This document shows, in pieces, positions 1-7,805 of a DNA stretch of 24,609 nucleotides (position 1 is the stretch's first letter; each line of letters begins with the position of its first letter). The stretch is taken from positions 1-24,609 of the IMG/VR virus record IMGVR_UViG_3300016669_000011, one strand, 5' to 3'. Source of the DNA: a virus (lineage: Duplodnaviria > Caudoviricetes). The notes beneath the pieces were generated by a model. That model was not told the DNA's origin and did no database searches. It saw only the letters and a program-made list of their open reading frames with translations. Made by a program: the position numbers and the translations under genes.

Positions 1-114
1 CTCGGCAGCAGGGGCGGCCGGGGCGGGCTGGGGATGCGGGGCCGGCTCGGGGGCGCGGTGACCGCCGAAGGCGATCCCGCCGCCCCCGCCGCCGTGCGAG
101 AGGAAGGAGTCCAT
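1..114 (-). CDS. Hypothetical Gly/Pro/Ala-rich protein, N-terminal part only (runs off the window)
   Basis: ATG at 114-112 overlaps the endolysin stop (TGATG). Open frame to the window edge: MDSFLSHGGGGGGIAFGGHRAPEPAPHPQPAPAAPAAE. Confidence 0.6.
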   Translation of the reverse strand, partial: MDSFLSHGGGGGGIAFGGHRAPEPAPHPQPAPAAPAAE

Positions 115-1241
115 CAGTGCACTCCGGGGAGCGCGACGAGGTGATCCGGGGCCGAGGGGAGCTCGGTCACCGGGGCCGGCTCGGCCGGGTGCGGCACCTC
201 GTGGAAGGCCACGATGCGGGGATCCTCGACCGTCGCGGGCTGCACCACGGAGCCGGGCGGCAGCTCGAACACGGCCCCCGGCGTCATGGCGTGAACCGCG
301 ATCGCGGCCTCATCCGGGGCGGCGGCAGGCTGCAGCGGGACGGGATCCGGGGTCGGCGCGGGGGCCGGGGCATCATCGGCCGCCGGCGGGATCGCGGCGG
401 GGGCCAGAAATGCCACGGGGCGAGCGTCGAGGGCGTCGGCGAGGGCGTGGGCCTTGCGGGTCGCCCAGGTCCGATAGAGGAAGCCGCCCGTCGCCGCGAG
501 GCCGCCGACCGCCGTGACCACGCCGACCACGGTGCCGACCGTCGGCAAGGTGTTCGCGAGCGGGTTGAGAGCGGTGGTGATCTGGTCGACGGCAGTGGCG
601 AACAGGCCACCGCCGGTGACCGCGTCGGCGACCGCGGGGGACGGCGCGGTCTTGGCGTCCGTGATGTAGGCCCGGGCGTCCATGCCGACGAGGTACGTCG
701 GCTGCGAGCCGTACGAGCCGGAGGCATGCTCCTGCCCGAGCTTCAGGAGCTGATCGCAGCGCGAGTTCCAGCCCCGGCCGTACTTGCGGTAGCCCTTGAG
801 CGCCTTGAGGAACGCCTTGCGACGCTCGATGGCGGCGGCCACGAGGAGATCGTGGTCCGGGTAGGCCTCGATCGCGGCCAGGGTCGCGGCGGTCATCACG
901 CCGTCGACGCGGACCGTGCCGAGGGCGCGCTGGATCCACTTGATGGACTGGACCGGGCCGGAGTGGACGGAGCCGTCGAACACGACCATGTCGATGCCGC
1001 TCGGCAGGTCGTCGCCCTTCACCATGTCCCAATACTGGAACCGGTAGATCGCCTGGACCTCGGCGTCCGTGATTACGAAGACGTCGCGCGGGGGCAGGCT
1101 CTTCCGCCGGCGCCACGAGTCGTAGACGTGCTGCGTCACGCCCCGATTGGTGCGGCCGCCGGGATCGTCCTTGTCGTCGACCTTGCCGCCCTCGAACACG
1201 AGGGTCTTGGCCAGGGCGATCTGGAAATCGGCTGCGCTCAC
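114..1241 (-). CDS. Endolysin, glycoside hydrolase family 108 plus peptidoglycan-binding domain, with C-terminal hydrophobic segment and Pro/Ala tail
   Basis: GH108 signature FEGGKVDDKDDPGGRTNRGVT, then YRFQYWD, VFDGSVHSG and YGRGWNSR. GTG start at 1241 overlaps the upstream stop (GTGA), so the ORF-track start at 1520 is too long. Confidence 0.88.
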   Translation of the reverse strand: MSAADFQIALAKTLVFEGGKVDDKDDPGGRTNRGVTQHVYDSWRRRKSLPPRDVFVITDAEVQAIYRFQYWDMVKGDDLPSGIDMVVFDGSVHSGPVQSIKWIQRALGTVRVDGVMTAATLAAIEAYPDHDLLVAAAIERRKAFLKALKGYRKYGRGWNSRCDQLLKLGQEHASGSYGSQPTYLVGMDARAYITDAKTAPSPAVADAVTGGGLFATAVDQITTALNPLANTLPTVGTVVGVVTAVGGLAATGGFLYRTWATRKAHALADALDARPVAFLAPAAIPPAADDAPAPAPTPDPVPLQPAAAPDEAAIAVHAMTPGAVFELPPGSVVQPATVEDPRIVAFHEVPHPAEPAPVTELPSAPDHLVALPGVH

Positions 1242-1444
1242 TGCCAGTACCTCTGGACGAAGTGCGGGACGGCCTCCGGCGCCATGGCGATCCGGGCCGC
1301 GTCCTCCTTGGACAGCAGCCGGCGCACGGGCTCGGGGGTCGCGGGGGAGAGAGGGGCCTGCCGGCTGCGCGCGCGGAGTTTGTGGTCGCTCAGGACCGCG
1401 AACGCGAAGGTGGCCAGCAGGCCGAGGGCGGTGCGGGCGCGCAT
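1238..1444 (-). CDS. Small protein with N-terminal hydrophobic segment (holin-like candidate)
   Basis: 68 aa, begins MRARTALGLLATFAFAVLS. Coupled by TGATG upstream and GTGA to the endolysin downstream. Confidence 0.55.
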   Translation of the reverse strand: MRARTALGLLATFAFAVLSDHKLRARSRQAPLSPATPEPVRRLLSKEDAARIAMAPEAVPHFVQRYWQ

Positions 1445-1701
1445 CAGTCGTGCGCCCGGATGTGGGCCTCGTGCAGGGCCCGGAGCTTGTCGCGGGCCGC
1501 ACGAAGGACGATGAGGCCACCGCGCTTGTAGTCGCGCTCGGTGGCGGGGAAGGTCTCGGAGATCCGGGCCGCCTCGCAGCTCATGTAGAGCTCGTCGCCA
1601 TCGACCTGGGCGACCAGGACCGTGGCCGAGATCTCGATCTTGTCGCCGATGAAGCGGTCGGGCTCCCGGACGATCTGGGCGATGGAGAAGTCGAGGCGCA
1701 T
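1444..1701 (-). CDS. Hypothetical protein
   Basis: 85 aa, GAGAGGAG Shine-Dalgarno upstream, stop overlaps the next start, natural-looking composition. Confidence 0.7.
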   Translation of the reverse strand: MRLDFSIAQIVREPDRFIGDKIEISATVLVAQVDGDELYMSCEAARISETFPATERDYKRGGLIVLRAARDKLRALHEAHIRAHD

Positions 1702-1738
1702 CAGGCGCTCCTCTCGGCGGGGGTGGAGAGGATGCGGG

Positions 1739-2104
1739 TCACTGGAGCGTCTCCAGGACCGGCGGCTGCCACACCCCGGCGATGACCTCGATCGCGTCGA
1801 CGTCGAGGGCCTCGCAGAACACCTGCAGGCGCTCGACGCCGATGCAGGTGCGGCGGGCCCGGATGTGGGCGAATTCGTTGCGAAGGCTCCCCGCGCCGCC
1901 CTCGGACTCGCCGAGGAGGATGCGCATGTCCTCGGCTCGCAGCCGGCGGGCCCTGATCGTCAGGGCCAGCGCCGTGACCAAGCGCGACCGGATCAGGACC
2001 GAGGTCTTGGCCCGGCGATGCCGGCCGGCCGACGCGCGCCGCGCCGTCGACCGGATCGGCGTGGGCGAAGGGGCGTCAACGCTTGGGTTGAGTGAGGGTT
2101 CCAT
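1739..2104 (-). CDS. Putative XRE/Cro-like helix-turn-helix regulator
   Basis: LTIRARRLRAEDMRILLG...IGVERLQVFCEALDVD resembles the XRE fold, especially the last helices. Divergent from the replication gene. Start uncertain (ATG 2104 or GTG 2128). Confidence 0.55.
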   Translation of the reverse strand: MEPSLNPSVDAPSPTPIRSTARRASAGRHRRAKTSVLIRSRLVTALALTIRARRLRAEDMRILLGESEGGAGSLRNEFAHIRARRTCIGVERLQVFCEALDVDAIEVIAGVWQPPVLETLQ

Positions 2105-2205
2105 CGTGGAGTTATGGTTACGACCCACGACGATTCGCGGAAGGGTTGTGCAATAGGAAATCGTGCCGGATCGGTACGAATGCCTGAAAATTCACGAGCG
2201 TTTTG

Positions 2206-2274
2206 CGGCCTAGGCCGTTGCCAAGGCTTCCCGATCGCGCCGCGATGATACGATCCGGCCTTCCGGCCTAGGCC
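2206..2274. promoter_or_regulatory. Two copies of palindrome GGCCTAGGCC (candidate operators)
   Basis: CGGCCTAGGCCG at 2206-2217 and CGGCCTAGGCC at 2264-2274, in the divergent intergenic region between the HTH gene and the primase-helicase. Confidence 0.45.
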
Positions 2275-2344
2275 TGCGGTCGAATCCACACTCCACCGCC
2301 GCCACCGGTCGGACCCGACCGCTTACCGTAATGGACACCCCGCC

Positions 2345-2373
2345 TTGCAGTACGCGTCGTCGTGGTCGAGAAT
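2345..2373 (+). promoter_or_regulatory. Putative sigma70-like promoter of the primase-helicase gene
   Basis: TTGCAG (2345-2350), 17-nt spacer, GAGAAT (2368-2373), 75 nt upstream of ATG 2449. Confidence 0.35.
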
Positions 2374-2448
2374 GCTCATCGAGGCAGCCCGCCCCGGATT
2401 CTTCCGGGAGAAGAGGAAGCCCATCAGCGCACGCGACCGGACAGCAGG

Positions 2449-5400
2449 ATGAGCAGCCTCCCTCCCGACGACACCGACATCTTCGTCCAGGCATTCCTGG
2501 CGCGCTTCCCCGGCGCAGAGGTCGTGGCCCCCGATGCCCCCCGCGGCATCAGCACCGGGCCCTACAGCATCGGATTTCCGTTCTTCCGCGACTTCGCGCC
2601 CGACATGCGCGCGCGGGGCTGGAGCATCTTCCCGCAGCGGCGCGACGAGCGCCGGGGGCCTTCCTCCGTCGACGGATCCCCGATCCGCTGGAAGGCCTAC
2701 ACGGACACGCTGCCCCCGGCCGAAGAGGTCGCCTGGTGGGCCCGCCAATGCCCGACGGACAACTCCGCGGCGATCATGGGCCCCGCCTCGGGGCACGCCT
2801 TCGCCCTCGACGTGGACGTCTCCGACGAGGCCCTGTCGCTGGCGATCGTCGCGGCCGCCGACCGGATCCTCGGCCGCTCGCCGCTTCGCCGCGTCGGCTC
2901 CTTCCCGCGCGTCGTCCTGGTCTACCGGCAGGCCCCCGTTGCCGCGCGCGCCCGCGACGAGGCGATCGTCAATCGCACGCACCGATTCGCCGATGGCGGC
3001 CACGCCATCGAAGTCCTCGCGCACGGCAAGCCCGTCACGTTTCACGGCATGCACTGGAAGACCGGAAAGGTGTTCGAGTGGGTCGGTGACCATCCGTGGC
3101 GCGTCGGCCCCGAGGCCGCCCCGCTCGTCACGCGCAGCCAGCTCGACGCATTCCTCGACGCTATCGCCGAGCTCGCGCCGTTCGCGCATCGTTCCCATGA
3201 GGTCGCCGACGTCGCGTGGGCCTACGACGACGGCGCAGGACTCCACCGGCCCCTGTCCGTCCCGGCCGAGGGCGTCGTCGTCGAGGGCGGCCTCGTGGTC
3301 GATGGCCGCGAGTCGTGGCTCTTCGGCATCGTCCGCGAGACCGTGCGGGCGAACGAGGGCGCGGCCCGCGCGCCCGAGGGATTCGGGAAGCTCTGCGCCT
3401 TGGTCGAGGACCAGTTCCGCGCCGGGGCCTCGCTCGACGGTTGGCACGACGGTCTGATCCGGTCCGAGATCGAGCAGAAAGTCCGCGCGCAGATCGACCA
3501 CTGCGTCCAACGCGGCGGCTTCCTCCGCTCGATCCGGCGCGGCCTAGCCCAGTCCGTGGAGCAGGACGGGACGGTGGCCTACGCCCCGTCGGTCGTCGAC
3601 GACGATACGTACGTCCCGCCGGCGGTCGCGGAACTCGCGCACCTCAAGGACAGGATCGGCAGGACGGCGGTCAAGCGCCGCCTCCTCGCCGTGGCCGATC
3701 CGGTCCGCGCCATGGCACGCGACCTGATCCAGGACGAGGACCTGCGCCTCGCCGCGGCGCGCAAGGCCGTCCAGACGGTCCAAGGCTGGGAGGCCGCTTG
3801 GCTCCAGGAAATCCACACCCGGGCCCGGCTGCCCAAGAGCCAGCGCGACGTCGGAGAGGTCCAGATCCTCAAGGGGGATGCGGGCGTCGGTAAAACCAGC
3901 GGTTTCTGGCGCGCCCTGCGGAAGCACGTCGACCGGTTCGGCCGGATCGGCATGCCGATCGGATTCGCCATGCCCACGCACGCCAACATCGCGGACACGA
4001 TGGTCTTCGCCGCCGGCGACGAGATCGGGGCCTTCGAGACTGCGGCCGAGCAGCTCGTGGCCCAGGGTGACCGGCTCGGCCTGCGGGTCGTGGTCTTCCG
4101 TGGCAAGACCCGGACGAACTGCGGGTTCAAGGCCCAGATCTCGACGCTGTCGGCCGCGTCGATCGGCACGCAGCACCTGTGCAAGGCGAAAGTGGTGGTG
4201 GGCACGCCGATGCCCGGCGAGAAGCCTACGTACGAGGAGAAGCGCTGCCCGATGTGGGAGGCCTGCGAGTACCAGCGCTCGCTCGTGGAGCTCGCCGAGG
4301 CCGACGTCGTCCTGTTCGCGTCGGCCTACCTCGACGTCACGCCGCCCAAGGCCCTGACTGACGCGCTCGCAGGACTCGTTGTCGACGAGAGGCCGTACGG
4401 GGGCCTTATCCGCCACAACGCCTCCGAACCGATGCCGCTGCGGGTGCTGGAGACAGGCCGCGCCCCGCCCCGTCTCCTGGAGGAGGAGCTGAAGCCTCTC
4501 CTCGATCGCGCCGATGCGAAGCGCGCGATCGACGAGGCCAAGGAGGGCTACCTCGCCGAGCGCAGCGCCGCCGTCGAGATCCTCATGCCGCACCTGCGCA
4601 AGGCCGACGCCGGGGCCGCGGTCCAGGCGCTGTTTCGGTACCGCGAGGGCAACCGCCGCGCCGGCCTCGATTACGCCAGGTCCGCATACGCCGTCGTGTC
4701 CCGTGGCTCGGACGCGGCGCGCCACGTCACCCCCGGAATGACCGAGGAAGCCGCCAAGGAGCTGGCGGACACGCCGACGGGCGACGGCCTGTGGGACGAG
4801 CGGCGGTTCTGGTCGATCGTCATCGACCGCCTGGAGGCCATGGTCCGCGACGAGGAGAACCCCGGCTCGCCGAAGACGGCCATGGGGGCGAGCGATCGCC
4901 GCCTGCAGGTCGTCACCGTCACGGGGGGCGCCCTCGCGGTAATGATGTCCTGGAGGGCCAAGCCCAGCTTCCCCTCGACGCCTTTGCTGCTCCTCGACGC
5001 CTCGGCCGAGCCGCGCATCGTCGAGAAGATCTGGAGCGATCGCGTCGTGCGGCTCCTGCCCGTCGAGGCCCCGACGCACCTTCGCGCCGTCCTCGTCACC
5101 GGCAGCACCTTCTCCGACTACTCGATGCTCCCGAGCCGCCACGACACCCGCGCCGGGATGACCAAGGCGGCCGAACGGGTCGCCCTCAACCGGCAGGTGA
5201 TCACGCGGCTCGCGGGCGTACACGGCGATGGCAGGCTCCTCGTCGGTGGCAACAAGGGCGTGATGTCGGTCCACCGCGCCGGCTGGCTGCCCCCCGAGAA
5301 CGTGGACTGGGTCCACAACGGGGCCATGCGCGGCTTGGACTTCGCCAAGCATCACACGGCCGCGATCTGCTTCGGCAGGTTGGAGCTGCCCCCGAGGGTT

Positions 5401-6426
5401 CTGGACGCCGTCGTGGCGGCGCTGACCTACGACGATCCCGAGCCCGAGCAGCCGGTCGACCCGTTCGGCACCGGCAAGGACGCGTCAGGCCAAGCCCTGC
5501 AGGCGACGAAGGGCGAGAAGCGCGTGGCGCTGCGCGACGGCCGCGACGTCGCCATCGAGGACACCGTCTACGACGGCGCATGGGCCCGGATCGTCCAGGC
5601 GCAGTACCGCGAGGAGGAAATCCGGCAGTTCGCCGCCCGCCTGCGTCCCGTGCACCGCGTGGGCAGGCCGCCGGTCGTGTACCTCGCCACGGCCGCGATT
5701 CCCGAGGGCCTCATCGTCGACGACATGATCGACGTCGCAGACCTCGCCTGCCCGGTCGGGACGCACGCGACGGTTTCGGCCTGGGAGATCGCCCGGTCCA
5801 CGGGCGGGCTCCTCGACACGCGCTTCGGATGGACCGATCGCCCGGACCTTCACGCCGGCTCGCTCAAGGCCCTGAAATTGGACGTGCCGGGCCACCCCGA
5901 GGCACAGGGCACGGTGCGGATCCGCTGGCGGATCGCCGACGGCCCGTGGACCGTCTCGTCGGTCACCGCATGGCACGAGGACCCGGCCACCCCGCTGCGC
6001 GCCGCCCTCATCCGGGAGGACGGCTACACGGACGAGGACCTGGACGAGGCCCTGGAGGTCGAGGTGCTGTGGCGCGGCCGCGAGCGTCGCCCGTCGGGCA
6101 CGCGCCCCCCGGACGCGATCGACATGCAGCTGACGAACCTGCCCGAGGGCGCAACCCGAGACGAGGTGCGCCGGGTGTACGCCGACCAAGAAGCGGTGGC
6201 CCGCGAGGCCACGATGGCCCGCGTGACGTCCGAGATCTCCGGCCTGCCCGAGCATGCCGAGCCTGAGGCGATCCAGGCCGCGCTGCGCGCCAAGCGGATC
6301 GACGCGATCGACTGGACGCGCCGGCCGCCCTTCCCCGGCGTGCAGCGCAAGGATTCCGTCGTCTGCCTCGACACCCTGGTCCTGCTCGATGCCTACGGGG
6401 CCGGCGAACTCGACCCAGACAGCTGA
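2449..6426 (+). CDS. Bifunctional DNA primase/polymerase (Prim-Pol, AEP superfamily) fused to an SF2-like helicase
   Basis: N-terminal NSAAIMGPASGHAFALDVD (DxD) and IEVLAHG...HGMHWKTGKVFEW. Walker A GDAGVGKT (3874-3897), PTH motif Ia, Walker B LVVDE (DE at 4384), LLDASA motif III, RGLD motif V, QFAARLR motif VI. ATG 2449 preferred over GTG 2362. Confidence 0.8.
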   Translation: MSSLPPDDTDIFVQAFLARFPGAEVVAPDAPRGISTGPYSIGFPFFRDFAPDMRARGWSIFPQRRDERRGPSSVDGSPIRWKAYTDTLPPAEEVAWWARQCPTDNSAAIMGPASGHAFALDVDVSDEALSLAIVAAADRILGRSPLRRVGSFPRVVLVYRQAPVAARARDEAIVNRTHRFADGGHAIEVLAHGKPVTFHGMHWKTGKVFEWVGDHPWRVGPEAAPLVTRSQLDAFLDAIAELAPFAHRSHEVADVAWAYDDGAGLHRPLSVPAEGVVVEGGLVVDGRESWLFGIVRETVRANEGAARAPEGFGKLCALVEDQFRAGASLDGWHDGLIRSEIEQKVRAQIDHCVQRGGFLRSIRRGLAQSVEQDGTVAYAPSVVDDDTYVPPAVAELAHLKDRIGRTAVKRRLLAVADPVRAMARDLIQDEDLRLAAARKAVQTVQGWEAAWLQEIHTRARLPKSQRDVGEVQILKGDAGVGKTSGFWRALRKHVDRFGRIGMPIGFAMPTHANIADTMVFAAGDEIGAFETAAEQLVAQGDRLGLRVVVFRGKTRTNCGFKAQISTLSAASIGTQHLCKAKVVVGTPMPGEKPTYEEKRCPMWEACEYQRSLVELAEADVVLFASAYLDVTPPKALTDALAGLVVDERPYGGLIRHNASEPMPLRVLETGRAPPRLLEEELKPLLDRADAKRAIDEAKEGYLAERSAAVEILMPHLRKADAGAAVQALFRYREGNRRAGLDYARSAYAVVSRGSDAARHVTPGMTEEAAKELADTPTGDGLWDERRFWSIVIDRLEAMVRDEENPGSPKTAMGASDRRLQVVTVTGGALAVMMSWRAKPSFPSTPLLLLDASAEPRIVEKIWSDRVVRLLPVEAPTHLRAVLVTGSTFSDYSMLPSRHDTRAGMTKAAERVALNRQVITRLAGVHGDGRLLVGGNKGVMSVHRAGWLPPENVDWVHNGAMRGLDFAKHHTAAICFGRLELPPRVLDAVVAALTYDDPEPEQPVDPFGTGKDASGQALQATKGEKRVALRDGRDVAIEDTVYDGAWARIVQAQYREEEIRQFAARLRPVHRVGRPPVVYLATAAIPEGLIVDDMIDVADLACPVGTHATVSAWEIARSTGGLLDTRFGWTDRPDLHAGSLKALKLDVPGHPEAQGTVRIRWRIADGPWTVSSVTAWHEDPATPLRAALIREDGYTDEDLDEALEVEVLWRGRERRPSGTRPPDAIDMQLTNLPEGATRDEVRRVYADQEAVAREATMARVTSEISGLPEHAEPEAIQAALRAKRIDAIDWTRRPPFPGVQRKDSVVCLDTLVLLDAYGAGELDPDS

Positions 6427-7310
6427 CGCGTGCGCCGGCCGCCCCGGCGCTCGACCCGCTTCTCGATCGGCTTGCTCCGCCATGCGGTGATCCGCAGGCC
6501 GATGGCCGTCTTACGGTTGCCCGTCCCGAGCCACTGCCACTGCGTCTTCAGGCCGATGCCGACGCTGGCAAGGTCCGCGTGCACGGGACCGCCCTCGCCT
6601 CGCGCCCCGAGGGCGTTCAAGTTCCACTGCTTCACCGTGGTGAGCGTCCCGATCCCGAAGGCGTAGGGAAGGTCCTCGACGGGGACGGTGACCGTGACGC
6701 GATCGCCGGGGGGCGTGCGGTGCCAGGCCCTCGGCGTGTTGGCCCCGTTCATCCAGGCCAGCACGCGCAGGTACAGGAAGGCCGCGAAACGCGTGCGGAA
6801 CGCCGCTAGGCCCTCGACATCCAGGACGATGGGGTGCGCCTTCCCATGGATCATCCCGTAGACCACGGGGATCCCCGGAAAATAGCCGACCTCCACTGGG
6901 TGGCCCCTATGGATTGGCGTGCCTTCCCACCCCTCCCAGAGCCGATACGTGGCGTCGTTGCCCCGGCCCGCCTGCCCGATACGAATCCGGCTTTCCCCGA
7001 GGCGCTCGAAGGGGCGGACCAGCTGCGAGTGAGACCGCATGCCGGTGGCGTCCAGCAGGGCCTTACCGTGGACCCACAAGTTCGCCCCGTCGATCGCCCA
7101 CCGGTCGCGCAGGGTCAGCCCCTCCGCGTCGGGCTCATCCTCGATGGTGAAGGCGTGGCCCAACGCCCCGAGCCACATGGCGAGATCCAGGGGCGTCAGG
7201 GGGCCTTCGACGAGCGTCATGCCGGCCGCGAGATCCCGCGAGATCGATACGTGGAAGGGCATGGACGGTGGCTCCGCAGCGAGTGACAAACTCCATACCA
7301 CACCGGGCAT
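6393..7310 (-). CDS. Putative replication initiator protein, Rep_3/RepB family (two winged helices)
   Basis: Pattern LDVEGLAAFRTRFAAFLYLRV...VPVEDLPYAFG...VKQWNLNAL...VHADL...GNRKTAIGLRI parallels the Rep_3 WH2 consensus (l..l.skya..LYe..., i.leelr..lG, f.r.vL, EIn, grkv..i.f). Start at 7310 or 7262. Confidence 0.6.
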   Translation of the reverse strand: MPGVVWSLSLAAEPPSMPFHVSISRDLAAGMTLVEGPLTPLDLAMWLGALGHAFTIEDEPDAEGLTLRDRWAIDGANLWVHGKALLDATGMRSHSQLVRPFERLGESRIRIGQAGRGNDATYRLWEGWEGTPIHRGHPVEVGYFPGIPVVYGMIHGKAHPIVLDVEGLAAFRTRFAAFLYLRVLAWMNGANTPRAWHRTPPGDRVTVTVPVEDLPYAFGIGTLTTVKQWNLNALGARGEGGPVHADLASVGIGLKTQWQWLGTGNRKTAIGLRITAWRSKPIEKRVERRGGRRTRQLSGSSSPAP

Positions 7311-7805
7311 GCGAGTTACAAACTACGACCCACACGTGGGATGCTGTTTACGCCCGTATACCAGAAACACGGCAACGGCTTGGCCGTTTTTTCGGGGCGG
7401 AAAATTCGCCTTCTAAATATATATCCTGAACCGTGGTCTGGCAGGCTGTCCCATGGGAGGTCTGGCTGGCCTTTCGCCCTCACGGGCGTCGCGCTCCGGG
7501 ACCGGCCTGCTGGCGCAGGCCGTGCGTCAGCAGAGGCGGCAAGGGTGCTGGGGAGGGGCGGACGGGACCTCGCTCCCGTGCTCACGACTGGAGCCTCGTC
7601 GCGTTCGCCATGGGCCGCGATCGGGGCCCGGCGAGTCCCTTCGGCCACACGTTGCCGCAACCCGCGATTTTCCGCTTGACATGGTTTGCCCCTCGCGCGC
7701 GCGCAGGGTAAATTGATTCGACTCGTCCCATCCGGGGCGTGTGCGCGACTTGGCCGCCTTTGAGCTTCGGCTCGGGCGGCCGCCTTTCCTTTCCGTGGGG
7801 ATGCG

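Noticed and set aside
114-1520. 468-aa version of the endolysin ORF
   Set aside because: The extra N-terminus is Arg/Pro-rich off-frame text overlapping two better ORFs; the GH108 domain starts right after GTG 1241.
2323-6483. Long antisense or alternate-frame ORFs within the primase-helicase gene (similar ones at 117-1514, 10259-12097, 12784-14379, 16544-18007, 22167-24434)
   Set aside because: Shadow ORFs expected at high GC; no motifs, and each overlaps a well-supported gene.
7676-7714. TTGACA...TAAATT as a sigma70 promoter
   Set aside because: The spacer is 27 nt and contains a CG-run inverted repeat; no recognisable -10 at 16-18 nt.
7316-7800. Iteron array for the Rep-like protein, and ORFs in this interval
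   Set aside because: No tandem direct repeats of about 20 bp found by eye; the ORFs have non-coding-like composition.
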